From an uncultured bacterium (GTDB lineage: Bacteria; Zixibacteria; MSB-5A5; CAIYYT01): a stretch of 64,000 nt of DNA. Location of the stretch: contig CAVSCK010000004.1 of assembly GCA_963726455.1 (NCBI GenBank), forward strand, positions 1,408,001-1,472,000. The letters are read 5' to 3'. Shown here one piece after another: positions 1 through 10,250 of the stretch (positions within the stretch are counted from its first letter, which is position 1; every line of letters begins with the position of its first letter). The notes under the pieces are model-generated. The model was not told the origin of the DNA. It ran no database searches and worked only from the letters and a program-made list of their open reading frames with translations. The position numbers and the translations under genes are program-made.

Positions 1-1
1 G

Positions 2-427
2 ATCATAGGCCAGCATGCCCGGCGAAGATGCCGACTTTGGCTCCACCAAGTTCCAGTTGTCGCCGAAATCAGTGCTGATTTCGATTCCGCCGCCGGAAGG
101 CACAAGATCGGTTGAATTTGACGCCGAGGTATCATAGGATGTCGCCACCCAGAGGCGCGAACCCTGTGATGCCAGCGCTGAAATCGAACTGCGTTTAAAG
201 CCGTTGGTCGTATTGAACGACCTCCAAGTCGCGCCACCATCACGCGTCCCCGACAAGCCGTTGCCGGTCGCCAGCCAGACGTAGGTACCGTCGTAAATGA
301 TGTCGACGATGCTGTTGTCCGCCAGCGTGTCAAACGGTTGCGAGAGGTCGAAAGCCATCCAGCCGTAGGCGGGAATAGCCCCTGCCAGCACCAGGACCGG
401 AATCAGAATAAAAAGCCATCTTCTCAT
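2..427 (-). CDS. Secreted beta-propeller protein with BNR/Asp-box motifs (partial, runs off window start)
   Basis: Manual translation from ATG at 427: MRRWLFILIPVLVLAGAIPAYG signal peptide, then VWLATGNGLSGTRDGGATW and ISTDFGDNW Asp-box motifs; no stop before window edge. Confidence 0.75.
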   Translation of the reverse strand, partial: MRRWLFILIPVLVLAGAIPAYGWMAFDLSQPFDTLADNSIVDIIYDGTYVWLATGNGLSGTRDGGATWRSFNTTNGFKRSSISALASQGSRLWVATSYDTSASNSTDLVPSGGGIEISTDFGDNWNLVEPKSASSPGMLAYD

Positions 428-572
428 GATCTTCCCACTAAAACAAAACGACCGAAACCCCGCGGACTTGCGAGCATTTCGGTGTTTGCGCATTTATGGT
501 TATGGTCACTATATTCCCTGATGTAACGATTTAAGTCGTTGGCAAACGCTCGATAAGGTCTCCTCCTGCCCT

Positions 573-600
573 AAACTATGGTTCTGTATCGTCATGTCAA
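573..600 (-). promoter_or_regulatory. Putative sigma70 promoter
   Basis: TTGACA-16 nt-TAGTTT on minus strand upstream of the 427 start. Confidence 0.5.
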
Positions 601-614
601 GCAAAAACATGACG

Positions 615-1571
615 TCAAGCACCACTTCCCTGTTTAATCTCTGACAAGTCCAGTTCCTTAAAACGATCGAGCAACATCCCCCAGCGCAGGCCGCGATTCG
701 ACACTGTAAGTCCTTCGCACTGCAATAGATCGATCAGGTAGGTGAGAATCAGGCCGCCTGCCACAATGATTTCGGCGCGGTCGGGATCAAATGCCAGCAG
801 AGTTCGCCGTTCTTCGGTTGACATTGCGGATAGCTTGGCGACCGTTTCAGCCAGCCACTCGCGGTCCAGCCGGACACCATGAACCTGAACCGGATCAAAG
901 ACCTGCCTGCCGAGGAGTAATGTTGCGAAGGTGACTGCCGTGCCGCCAACGGCAATTGCGTATTGGGCGCGCGGCACCGGCTCCAGCGCCGTGGCGGAGA
1001 TGGTAGATCCCAGTTGCCTCCGGGCGACTTCAGCTTTTTGTGCATCAACTTTCCCTGTGAGATTACACAACTCCGCCAATTTGACTGCGCCCATCGGAAA
1101 GCTTCTGGCAAACTCAATCTGGCTGCCTTTTCCGAAGATGACCTCGGATGATCCGCCACCCACATCGAAGACGATTCGTTCATGTGGAATTGACGAAAGC
1201 CCGGATGCGGCGGCTTTGTAGGACAATTCCGCCTCACGGTTACCGTCGATGATTTCTACTTTCCAACCATAGCGTCGAGCGATCTCCGCCGCCAGATCGG
1301 GACCGTTGCGGGTGACGCGAAATACTTGCGTGCCACAAACAGTAACCTTCGTGGCGTGGTAATTCGTGAGCAATTCGGCGAAACGATCCAGAGCGCCGAA
1401 TTGTCGTTCGATTGCCTCACGGGTGATGAGATTTCCGGCTGTAGCGCCAGACGACAATTTGGTCGAGAGCTTGGTATCCACCTGCACTCGCACGGCGCCG
1501 AAATGTGTGCGCTCGACGATCAATAGCAACGAGGAGTTGGAACCGATATCAATTGCTGCGTAGCGGCCCAA
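615..1571 (-). CDS. ppx: Ppx/GppA family exopolyphosphatase
   Basis: AAIDIGSNS, DVGGGSSE, GGTA and GLRWG ASKHA motifs. Confidence 0.9.
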   Translation of the reverse strand: MGRYAAIDIGSNSSLLLIVERTHFGAVRVQVDTKLSTKLSSGATAGNLITREAIERQFGALDRFAELLTNYHATKVTVCGTQVFRVTRNGPDLAAEIARRYGWKVEIIDGNREAELSYKAAASGLSSIPHERIVFDVGGGSSEVIFGKGSQIEFARSFPMGAVKLAELCNLTGKVDAQKAEVARRQLGSTISATALEPVPRAQYAIAVGGTAVTFATLLLGRQVFDPVQVHGVRLDREWLAETVAKLSAMSTEERRTLLAFDPDRAEIIVAGGLILTYLIDLLQCEGLTVSNRGLRWGMLLDRFKELDLSEIKQGSGA

Positions 1572-1583
1572 GGGACTAGCGAT

Positions 1584-2576
1584 CTACTTGCCCAGTTCCT
1601 TGCGAAACTTGGCGGTCAGGGCCGGCAATATCTCGAACAGATCGCCGACGATTCCATAGGTTGCCACGTTGAAGATCGGGGCATCGGGATCGCGATTGAC
1701 GGCGACAATAGTCCCGGAGGATTGCATACCTACGAGATGCTGAATCGCCCCGGAAATACCCACGGCAAAATAGAGCTTGGGATTGACCGTGCGGCCGGTT
1801 TGGCCCACCTGATACTTGTAGGCAATCCAGCCCGCATCGACTACCGCGCGTGAAGCGCCCACGGCGCCATTCAAGGATTGCGCCAGATCCTGAATGATCT
1901 TGAAATTCGCCGGCTCTTTGAGGCCACGTCCACCGGAAACAATAATATCCGCCTCCGCCAAGCTCACTTCTCCCCCCGTCGTCACGGCGCCTGTCTCAAC
2001 GCTGTACGATGACGAACTTGCGTCGGCTGACGCGGCGAATGGTTCGACAGTTCCGGCGTGCGACGCATCCGCTGTGGCCGGGGCGTAGATTTTCGGCCGC
2101 AGAGTTGCGATTTGAGGTATCGATTTGAACTTGACCGTCAGATAGGCCTTGCCACCATAAGCGGGGCGAGTTACCTCAAGGGTTCCGTCACTTCCGACTT
2201 CGAGTTTCGTGCAGTCGGACGCGATGCTGACGCCCAACAATGCTGCGAACCTGCCGAACATCGCCTTGCCATAGAAATTGGCCGGGCCCAAGACGATCTG
2301 AGGCGACTTAGTCTTTACCAGTTCGAGCAAGATCTTCGCGTAGGCATCGTCCGCGAACTTGTCGAGCGCCGGGTTTTCTACCGTGAAACAAACATCAGCA
2401 CCAACTGCAACCGCTTCCTTTGCGCATGATTCAGTGTCGCTGCCGATTACCAGTGCTCCCAATTTTCCGGACAATTTGTCAGCCAGTTGACGGCCAATAT
2501 TGAGCAACTCCAGCGCCGTACCGGACAGCGCCGAACCTTTCTTCTGGGCAAATACGATAACCTTCTGATCACTCAC
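1584..2576 (-). CDS. etfA: Electron transfer flavoprotein alpha subunit
   Basis: ADIIVSGGRG, VGASRAVVDAGW, QVGQTG, GISGAIQHLVGM. Confidence 0.95.
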   Translation of the reverse strand: MSDQKVIVFAQKKGSALSGTALELLNIGRQLADKLSGKLGALVIGSDTESCAKEAVAVGADVCFTVENPALDKFADDAYAKILLELVKTKSPQIVLGPANFYGKAMFGRFAALLGVSIASDCTKLEVGSDGTLEVTRPAYGGKAYLTVKFKSIPQIATLRPKIYAPATADASHAGTVEPFAASADASSSSYSVETGAVTTGGEVSLAEADIIVSGGRGLKEPANFKIIQDLAQSLNGAVGASRAVVDAGWIAYKYQVGQTGRTVNPKLYFAVGISGAIQHLVGMQSSGTIVAVNRDPDAPIFNVATYGIVGDLFEILPALTAKFRKELGK

Positions 2577-2577
2577 G

Positions 2578-3750
2578 CTAATTCTCCTTTAGCCGATTGG
2601 CTGCCATAATCGCGCTGCTGTAAACTCTCATAAACGGCACTCCCGCCTTCAGCGCTGCCGCAGCCACATCATCATATTCAGGGCTGAATTTACTAATATC
2701 GCCGCCGGAAAAGTACTTAATTCGAATCGCTCCGAACTCGGTTTCGACCGGCTCTATTTCGTAGGACAACTTGCGCCGCGACTCAGATCGCATCCGGACG
2801 CCGGCGGTTGATGATTCGCGCAGAACGATTCCGGAAAGAGACTCCATTTTATCCTGATGGCAAATCACAGACAACAAATGCCCGGGACGGTTCTTCTTCA
2901 TTAGGATCGAGGTCACGAATACATCCAGAGCTCCGGATTCCAGCAAACGCTGCTGCAAGTGCCCGATCTGTTCCGGCGTGGCGTCATCAATGTTGGTCTC
3001 GATAATCACGACCTGATCGCTGTCGAGTCTTGGCTCAGTCGATCCGACAATCAGCCGCAGCAAATTGGGACGATCATCAAGGTCCATCGTCCCGGCGCCA
3101 TATCCAATCTTCTCAACCACCATTTCAAATCCGGGCGCGTATTCAGCCAGCTCGGCGATAATCGCGGCTCCCGTCGGCGTAGTCATTTCCTTGCCATTTT
3201 CGATGCGCTTGACGGGAAAATTCCTGACGATTTCAAGTGTCGCCGGCGCCGGCAACGGGATCGCTCCGTGTGCCGACTTGACCACGCCGCTTCCCAGCAA
3301 AATCGCCGATGAGTATAGTTTCTCGATTCCGAGATGCTTGAATCCAGCCACTGCGCACACGATGTCACAGATGGCATCGATCGCGCCGACTTCGTGGAAA
3401 TGAATTTTCTCGACAGGCACGTCATGCATTCGCGCCTCTGCCTCACCGATACGCCGGAAGATCGCCTTGACCGAGCGCTTGACATCGCCGTCGAGCCGCG
3501 ATTCGTCGATGATTCTTTCAATGGCTGACAAATGCCGATGGGGTGGGTCTGTCTCCGATGTTTCGAAGCGCACGGTGATGCCACTTAGTCCCTGCTTGGT
3601 TGTGGTGCCGGTGGAAAGTTTCGCGGAAGGAAGGCCCAGCAAGTCAAGCTGTGATTGCAGATAATCCGGTTCACATCCGGCGCCGATGATACTGCCGACA
3701 ATCATGTCGCCTGACGCGCCGGAAAAACAGTCGAGATAACCGATTCGCAT
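2578..3750 (-). CDS. larC: Nickel pincer cofactor nickel-insertion protein LarC
   Basis: YLDCFSGASGDM, HFHEVGAIDAICD, ETNIDD, MKKNRPG; start reassigned to ATG 3750. Confidence 0.92.
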   Translation of the reverse strand: MRIGYLDCFSGASGDMIVGSIIGAGCEPDYLQSQLDLLGLPSAKLSTGTTTKQGLSGITVRFETSETDPPHRHLSAIERIIDESRLDGDVKRSVKAIFRRIGEAEARMHDVPVEKIHFHEVGAIDAICDIVCAVAGFKHLGIEKLYSSAILLGSGVVKSAHGAIPLPAPATLEIVRNFPVKRIENGKEMTTPTGAAIIAELAEYAPGFEMVVEKIGYGAGTMDLDDRPNLLRLIVGSTEPRLDSDQVVIIETNIDDATPEQIGHLQQRLLESGALDVFVTSILMKKNRPGHLLSVICHQDKMESLSGIVLRESSTAGVRMRSESRRKLSYEIEPVETEFGAIRIKYFSGGDISKFSPEYDDVAAAALKAGVPFMRVYSSAIMAANRLKEN

Positions 3751-3751
3751 A

Positions 3752-4516
3752 TTACTTCTTTGTGCGCCCCAGCAACTGCATAATTCGCACCGCTGCCACT
3801 GCGGCACCAAAGCCGTTGTCGATATTGACGACCGTGATTCCCGACGAGCAGGAATTCAGCATCGACAGTAGCGGCGCTATGCCCGCGAATGAAGTTCCGT
3901 AACCCACCGAAGTCGGTACCGCCACGACCGGCACATCGACTAATCCGCCCACTACCGATGGCAAAGCGCCTTCCATGCCGGCGACCACGATAATCACTTT
4001 GGCATGATCCAGGTCGTGCGACTGCGACAACAAACGATGAATTCCTGCCACGCCGACATCATATAGCCGGTCCGCGTCGTATCCCAGCGTCTCGCAAGTA
4101 ACAGCCGCTTCCTCGGCGATCGGAATATCTGACGTGCCCGCCGTGATGACGAGAATACCCGGGGTTCGTTTGATTTTGGCTTTTGTGAGGTATGCCGCAC
4201 GTGCCTGTTCGTTGTATTGTAGTTTTGGTAGTTTCTTCTTGAGATATGCGAACTTGGATTTGTCCAACCTGGTTATCAAGAGCGGCTCACCTTTAGCGAC
4301 AATGCGCCTGGCTATCACGGCGATTTGGTCCGACGGTTTGCTCTCGGCGAAAATCACTTCCGGGAATCCGCAACGGCTTCGCCGTCCGTGATCGATGCGG
4401 GCAAAGCCGACGTCCTCAATCGAGTTTTGATTCAGCAACTTCATGGCCTCGCTGATAGACAGACGTCCGTCGGCCACCTGTGCCAGAACCCGTTTCAATT
4501 CGCTATCGTTCTTCAT
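3752..4516 (-). CDS. larB: Nickel pincer cofactor biosynthesis protein LarB
   Basis: RRSRCGFPEVIF, AGTSDIP, DVGVAGIHRL, AGMEGALPSV, NIDNGFGAA; start at ATG 4516. Confidence 0.92.
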   Translation of the reverse strand: MKNDSELKRVLAQVADGRLSISEAMKLLNQNSIEDVGFARIDHGRRSRCGFPEVIFAESKPSDQIAVIARRIVAKGEPLLITRLDKSKFAYLKKKLPKLQYNEQARAAYLTKAKIKRTPGILVITAGTSDIPIAEEAAVTCETLGYDADRLYDVGVAGIHRLLSQSHDLDHAKVIIVVAGMEGALPSVVGGLVDVPVVAVPTSVGYGTSFAGIAPLLSMLNSCSSGITVVNIDNGFGAAVAAVRIMQLLGRTKK

Positions 4517-5490
4517 GCCGCATTTTCCCTGGTCGATTCGACCGCTTGAGTTAGATAGTGCTCGACCTCGGCGTAGGTGTTTACCTGAAACAAGGTCGGA
4601 TCCACTCGCTTCCTTCCCGTAATGCCACGATAATACCATCCCAGAAGTTTGCGCGACCGTCTGACGCCGGCGGATTCGCCGTAGAGGTCAACGATGCCGC
4701 GAACGTGCTCCAGGCAGGTCAGGATGCGCTCTGCATTCCCTGCGCGGGGCGCCGGCGATCCTGTATCGAACAGAGTTCTGACCTCCCGGAAGATGAAGGG
4801 ATTCCCCAATGTCGCCGTGGCAACCATCACGCCATCACAGCCGGTTTCCTTAACCATTCTGACGGCATCATCAGCCGTGCGAATGCCGCCATTCCCGATC
4901 ACCGGGATGGACACTGTTTCCTTAAGCTGCTGGATATGATCCCAATGCGTTTCCGGCGCGAAATGCTCAGTTTGGGTGCGGGCATGCAGGCAAATGTATG
5001 ACGCCCCACTTCCCTCAGCTATCCTGCCTGCTTCCAGAAAATTGACACTTCGCGTGTCCCATCCCGAACGAATTTTGATGGAGAACGGAATCGATATGCC
5101 CTTGACAGCCGCAACAATTATCTTTTCCAGCAGCGACAGATCTTTGAGTAATGCCGCGCCGCCGTTCTTATCAACTACCTTATGAACCGGGCAACCGCAG
5201 TTTAAGTCTATCGAGTCGAAACCGAAGTCCTGCATCATAACCGCCGCGTCGGCAATGGCTTCCGGCCGGGTGCCGAACAACTGGCATCCCAGGTTGGTCT
5301 CGTCGGGATAACGCCGCAGCATTTCCCACGTCCGCAGGTTGTTCCTCACAAGTCCTTCGGCGGCAATCATTTCCGCGAAAGAATAATCGGCGCCTAACCG
5401 TTTGGCGATCATTCGGTACGGCCAGTCAGACACACCTGCCAGTGGCGCTGCAAAGACCCAGGGACGATTTCTCAAGTTTAGCCGTATCAT
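4513..5490 (-). CDS. dusB: tRNA-dihydrouridine synthase (DusB-like)
   Basis: APLAGVSD, IDLNCGCPV, KIRSGWD, LHART, VIGNGGI. Confidence 0.9.
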   Translation of the reverse strand: MIRLNLRNRPWVFAAPLAGVSDWPYRMIAKRLGADYSFAEMIAAEGLVRNNLRTWEMLRRYPDETNLGCQLFGTRPEAIADAAVMMQDFGFDSIDLNCGCPVHKVVDKNGGAALLKDLSLLEKIIVAAVKGISIPFSIKIRSGWDTRSVNFLEAGRIAEGSGASYICLHARTQTEHFAPETHWDHIQQLKETVSIPVIGNGGIRTADDAVRMVKETGCDGVMVATATLGNPFIFREVRTLFDTGSPAPRAGNAERILTCLEHVRGIVDLYGESAGVRRSRKLLGWYYRGITGRKRVDPTLFQVNTYAEVEHYLTQAVESTRENAA

Positions 5491-5496
5491 GACGAA

Positions 5497-5525
5497 AATA
5501 TATATGAATACGAATGTTCCGGCAA
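5497..5525 (-). promoter_or_regulatory. Sigma70 promoter, probably leaderless dusB transcript
   Basis: TTGCCG-17-TATATT ending 6 nt before the ATG at 5490. Confidence 0.55.
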
Positions 5526-5618
5526 GCTGTTTAGGTCAGACATGCTGGAAGCGTTAACTCGTTAAGTAGCAAGAAATGTTTTTGAAAAATATAATCCGGT
5601 AAGAAAGGAGCGCCGCCG

Positions 5619-6308
5619 ATGCCCGAAATTATCGTAAAATTCGCAGACAAAATCATCGAGCGGGTTGTCACCGAAAAGGAGCACATTTCTATCGGCCGGA
5701 CGACCGAGAACGACATAGTGTTGGACAACCGCGGCGTTTCCCGCAAACACGCCCAGATAGAATTCGCCGACGGCTCAGCCGTAGTAATCGACAACGACAG
5801 TCTGAACGGCACTTTTGTCAACCAGCGCAAGGTGACGGAACAGCCGCTGCATGACAACGACGTCATTACCATTGGCAAGTACGATCTTCTTTTCTATACT
5901 GAAGCACAACCCAGCCGTAGAATGTCCGATATGGACGGTACCATGGTTCTGGCGACCAAGAAGCAAAGAGAGCTCGTCGAGAAGGACCGCGAGGATAAGG
6001 AAATGGCCCAGGAACTGGGCGGCTCTATTCTTCTCGCCGTCAATGACCGGAACAAGACCAAGTACGGCCTCAATGAAGAGACGATCACACTGGGCAAGTC
6101 GGGCTTCGTGAATATTCCGGTGCGGGGATTCTTCGTGTCCAAGCTGCAGGCCAAAATCATGCGTGAAGGCGACACCTTCACCCTTATTAATGTCGGCCGC
6201 GCCAACAAAACCTGCGTCAACGGAGAACCGGTTGGTACCGCTACACTCAAGAATGGGGACATAATCGAAGTAGGTAAGTCAATCTTTCGGTTTATTGAAG
6301 GAAAGTAA
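5619..6308 (+). CDS. Double FHA-domain protein
   Basis: IGR...VSRKHA...SLNGTFVN canonical FHA followed by a second, degenerate FHA (LGK...VSKLQA...NKTCVNG). Confidence 0.9.
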   Translation: MPEIIVKFADKIIERVVTEKEHISIGRTTENDIVLDNRGVSRKHAQIEFADGSAVVIDNDSLNGTFVNQRKVTEQPLHDNDVITIGKYDLLFYTEAQPSRRMSDMDGTMVLATKKQRELVEKDREDKEMAQELGGSILLAVNDRNKTKYGLNEETITLGKSGFVNIPVRGFFVSKLQAKIMREGDTFTLINVGRANKTCVNGEPVGTATLKNGDIIEVGKSIFRFIEGK

Positions 6309-7039
6309 TGATCTTTGCCCTGATATCGGATGTCCATGGCAACCTGGAGGCACTCACTGCAGTCATGGATGACATCAAAAGCAACGGCAAGGTCGAAGAG
6401 ATACTGTTTCTCGGCGACGCCGTAGGTTATGGCGCCAATCCCAATGAAGTGCTGCAAATCATTGATCGCAATTGCAGGATCAAACTGATGGGAAATCACG
6501 ACTACAGCGCCCTGGGGTTACTTGATCCCGCGGAGTTCAATGCCTTTGCTCGCAGCGGTATCAATTTCAGCGTGTCGGTATTGTCTGCCGAGTCCAAGCA
6601 TCTGCTTTCGACTTTTCGCATGTCAGAACAATTTGGCGAATTGCTTCTCGTTCACGCCACCCCTGATGCGCCGGAGAAATGGAATTACTGTCTCTCGTCT
6701 GCGGAAGCCGGACGACAATTTGCCGCCTTTACGGATCCGATCTGCTTTATCGCTCATTCGCATCAGCCGATTGTGTACCAACAGGACACACTCGGCGAAG
6801 TCGATGTCCGCGTTGAGAGTGATTTCATCCTCCGCAACGACTGCCGGTACATAGTCAACATTGGGTCGGTCGGGCAGCCGCGTGACGGTGATCCACGTTC
6901 CTGTTATGTTATCTTTGATACAATCGCGCAGCGACTGCAATATCGCCGCGTTGAGTACGACATCGAATCAGCGCAGGCAAAAATGAAGTCTGCCGAATTG
7001 CCGACTTTTCTAATTGAACGTTTGGCTGTCGGGAAATAA
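6308..7039 (+). CDS. Calcineurin-like metallophosphoesterase
   Basis: SDVHGN, LGDAVGYG, GNHD, HSH, NIGSVGQPRDGD. Confidence 0.9.
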   Translation: MIFALISDVHGNLEALTAVMDDIKSNGKVEEILFLGDAVGYGANPNEVLQIIDRNCRIKLMGNHDYSALGLLDPAEFNAFARSGINFSVSVLSAESKHLLSTFRMSEQFGELLLVHATPDAPEKWNYCLSSAEAGRQFAAFTDPICFIAHSHQPIVYQQDTLGEVDVRVESDFILRNDCRYIVNIGSVGQPRDGDPRSCYVIFDTIAQRLQYRRVEYDIESAQAKMKSAELPTFLIERLAVGK

Positions 7040-7047
7040 GGGGAGCC

Positions 7048-9624
7048 ATGCCAAAGCAATCATTTCTGGATATCGCGCGTCAGAAACTCAAAGACGGAAT
7101 ACTCTTCTGGCTCATCATTCTGTTGGTCCTGGTGATCCACGCACAGAACCTGACGCCACTGCAGAAACTGGAAATCGCAATCGAGGACAAGGCCCGCTCG
7201 ACGAAGCCACTCGTCCCCGACAAGAATAGCATCGCCATCGTCACCATCGACTCGCGCTCCATTGAACAGGTCGGCAGATGGCCCTGGGACCACGGTCGGC
7301 TCAGCGATCTGTTGATCACAATCTGCGACTACAAGCCAAAAGCAGTCATGTTGGACATCGCTTTGTCAGAGCGAGTCCAGGAATACGTGCGCGGCCGCAC
7401 CGGTCAACTGGCACAGGCAATCGCGGAATGCGGAAATGTAATTGAGCCGTTCGATGTCGTGGTCGGAGCGCAGGGCAGTCTGTCCCGCCAGGCGCCGGAA
7501 TACATGGAGCCCTTTGCGTCCTTGCCGACACCAGACATGTCGCTCGACAAGATGCCTAGAGCTGTGGCGGCATTTATGCCTCCCGGAGTCTTCGCGAGCA
7601 AGGCCCATGCGATTGGCTTCCGGTATTATAAGCCGGATATCGACGACAAGTTTCGCTATGCGAATTTGACCGTCAATTACGATGACAAGATATACTTCTC
7701 CACTCCCCTGCAGTTGGCAAATGCCTACCTTGGGCAGAGCCCGGCGGATCTCAAATTGTCCTCCGACGGAACGCCGATTCTGGCGGGGAGAAGACTTCCG
7801 GTTGACGACCAGGGACGGCTGATGATCAATCTGCCGACGGACCCGCAACCTTATCCGTTGTTCTCGGCAATCGATATCCTGACCGGTGACGCTGATCGCA
7901 GTTCGGTATCCGGCAAAGCGGTAGTTGTTGCGGTCACCACACCCGAAGTTCTCGAAACATTCGAAACCGGCACTGTCGGCACGATTCCGGCTTACAACTA
8001 TTATGCCGCCACGGTCCAGAATCTCGTCACTTTCACGGCGCCGTCACATTTGAGCTTCCCGATTCCGTTTGACATACTAATGATCTTATTGCTGGGCGCA
8101 TTTGGTGGGCTCGTTCTGCCGCGCATTAGTCTCATGTATCGGCTGGTGGCGCTATTTATTCTCGGCTTCATCATTGCCAACATGAATTTTGTGCTCTTCA
8201 GCGCCCTCAATACCGTCACCAACGTGGTGTATCCATTGCTGACGGTCTTGTTCTTTGCCGGCGCATCGTTTGTAGTCAAGTCGGTTGAAGTCAAGCGCGT
8301 CATGGCGAAGACCAGCAAGGCCATTGATCTGAAAAAGCTCCTGGGCAGCGAACCCATCGCGATTCAACATGATGGTGACCGTGAAATCAATTATGACGAG
8401 ATACCGACCCGAATCCTCCGTGAAGAAGCGCCGTCACCGGAAGTGTTTGAGGAAACCATTCGGCTCGACTTCGAGGCGATGCGCAATGGCGAAAGTCTGA
8501 TCCCGCAATCGGAATACGACAAGCACGACAGGGCACAGCAGAAGAGCCAGCCGATCGAAACGCCGGACAGGTCTATCTCGCAGGAGATCTTGCAGGAACC
8601 CTCAGCCGTCGCTTTCATTCCCGATATGCTTGACCTCGACGTGACCAAAATTCCGCAACCGCCGGCTGCCGGTGAAGAAAGCCAGACAGTGGCGCCCCGC
8701 AAAGAACATGTGGAACAAGAGTTGATACTGACTCCCGAAGAGAAGAAAATCTATGGCGTCCGATTCTCACAGGAAGGCCAGCCGGTGTCATTCGGCCGTT
8801 ATCTGGTCATCGAGCCGCTGGGCATGGGCGCGATGGGCACTGTCTACAAGGGCAAGGATCCTGCCATTGATCGACTGGTCGCGCTCAAGACCATCCGCCT
8901 TGATTCCATCGCCGACCCGTCCGAGATCAACGAACTCAAGGAGCGGCTGCTGCGCGAGGCCAAGGCCGCCGGCAATCTGTCACATCCTAATATCGTGACG
9001 ATTTACGACTTCGGAATCCAGGGCAACCTGCAGTATATCGCAATGGAGTACATCGAGGGCTACACGCTGGAGTCAGTCCTCAAGCGCAACTTGCACTTGA
9101 ATTATCGTATTGTCGCTTCGATCATAATACAAGTCTGTTCGGCGCTGGAGTATGCGCATAAGATCGGTATTATCCACCGCGACATCAAGCCGGCGAACAT
9201 CATGGTTACCGAGAACTTCGCCGTCAAGGTCATGGACTTTGGTATAGCCCACTTTAAGTCATCATCCATGACGCAGACGGGCGTCGCCATGGGAACACCG
9301 AACTATATTTCTCCGGAACAGCTCAAGGGCAAGGAAGTGACGCCAAGTTCGGATATCTTCAGTTTGGGCGTGGTGCTGTACGAATTACTCACGCACACCA
9401 AACCATTCACTGCGGAGAATATTTCGACTCTGGTTTACAAGATTATCAATGAGGAACCGCCACCGCCTTCGAAACTCGATCCCAAGGTCCCGCCGCTGTT
9501 CGATATGGTTTTGCGGAAATCACTGTCCAAGGACCCCGCCAATCGCTACCACTCTGCCAAAGAGTTGGCGGCGTCGCTCGAAGACTTCACCGTCACCCTT
9601 GGCAAGAAGCCGGCGATGGTTTGA
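7048..9624 (+). CDS. CHASE2-domain transmembrane Ser/Thr protein kinase
   Basis: IVTID..SI..VGRWPW CHASE2, 3 TM helices, then GMGAMGTVY, VALK, HRDIKPAN, DFG, YISPEQ. Confidence 0.92.
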   Translation: MPKQSFLDIARQKLKDGILFWLIILLVLVIHAQNLTPLQKLEIAIEDKARSTKPLVPDKNSIAIVTIDSRSIEQVGRWPWDHGRLSDLLITICDYKPKAVMLDIALSERVQEYVRGRTGQLAQAIAECGNVIEPFDVVVGAQGSLSRQAPEYMEPFASLPTPDMSLDKMPRAVAAFMPPGVFASKAHAIGFRYYKPDIDDKFRYANLTVNYDDKIYFSTPLQLANAYLGQSPADLKLSSDGTPILAGRRLPVDDQGRLMINLPTDPQPYPLFSAIDILTGDADRSSVSGKAVVVAVTTPEVLETFETGTVGTIPAYNYYAATVQNLVTFTAPSHLSFPIPFDILMILLLGAFGGLVLPRISLMYRLVALFILGFIIANMNFVLFSALNTVTNVVYPLLTVLFFAGASFVVKSVEVKRVMAKTSKAIDLKKLLGSEPIAIQHDGDREINYDEIPTRILREEAPSPEVFEETIRLDFEAMRNGESLIPQSEYDKHDRAQQKSQPIETPDRSISQEILQEPSAVAFIPDMLDLDVTKIPQPPAAGEESQTVAPRKEHVEQELILTPEEKKIYGVRFSQEGQPVSFGRYLVIEPLGMGAMGTVYKGKDPAIDRLVALKTIRLDSIADPSEINELKERLLREAKAAGNLSHPNIVTIYDFGIQGNLQYIAMEYIEGYTLESVLKRNLHLNYRIVASIIIQVCSALEYAHKIGIIHRDIKPANIMVTENFAVKVMDFGIAHFKSSSMTQTGVAMGTPNYISPEQLKGKEVTPSSDIFSLGVVLYELLTHTKPFTAENISTLVYKIINEEPPPPSKLDPKVPPLFDMVLRKSLSKDPANRYHSAKELAASLEDFTVTLGKKPAMV

Positions 9625-9655
9625 CCCGATCGAAATAATTTTCTGAATACGTCGA

Positions 9656-10216
9656 CTACGCTTTTCGAAGTATCGAGGTATAACTACCTCTGACGGCAGG
9701 CGACTCGAATTCGGACATGCCGTTGCTCACTGCCAACGCGACCGTATTGTGGAACCCTTCCAGCGAACAATGCCCCTTCGGCTCGGCGATGCAGAATACG
9801 CCTCCACTCTTGAGTGTTCGCACAATATCACGAATGGCCGACTGGGCATCGGGCATTTCATGTATCACGGCAAAAGCGAGCGCGACATCAACCTTCCCGG
9901 CGAGATCGTCGATTCCGAGTGACGTGTTGGAACAGACGCGCGTCTCTACCCGATCGGCCAAACCGGCTCTGGCGGCTCTGCGTTTGAGTGATCCGATCAT
10001 CTTTTCCTGTAAATCCACGGCGATGGCCCGGCCAGATTTGCCAACCAGTTTAGCCGCCGGAAGCGTGAAGAATCCCATTCCGGGGCCAACGTCTAGGACG
10101 GTCATGCCTTCCTTGACATACGGCGCCAATAGAGTGTCGGGGTTTTGGTATAGACGTCTGAGAGGACTGGCCAGCAAATATCCCAGCCACCAGGGACAGA
10201 CACGCTCTTCACTCAT
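9656..10216 (-). CDS. Class I SAM-dependent methyltransferase
   Basis: VLDVGPGMG, AVDLQ, LKSGG motifs. Confidence 0.85.
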   Translation of the reverse strand: MSEERVCPWWLGYLLASPLRRLYQNPDTLLAPYVKEGMTVLDVGPGMGFFTLPAAKLVGKSGRAIAVDLQEKMIGSLKRRAARAGLADRVETRVCSNTSLGIDDLAGKVDVALAFAVIHEMPDAQSAIRDIVRTLKSGGVFCIAEPKGHCSLEGFHNTVALAVSNGMSEFESPAVRGSYTSILRKA

Positions 10217-10250
10217 GGAGAACCCCTCTCTGCCCGCCTGCTAGTATTGA

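Noticed and set aside
338-526. 62 aa plus-strand ORF
   Set aside because: Overlaps the start and leader of the convincing minus-strand secreted protein; no coding signal
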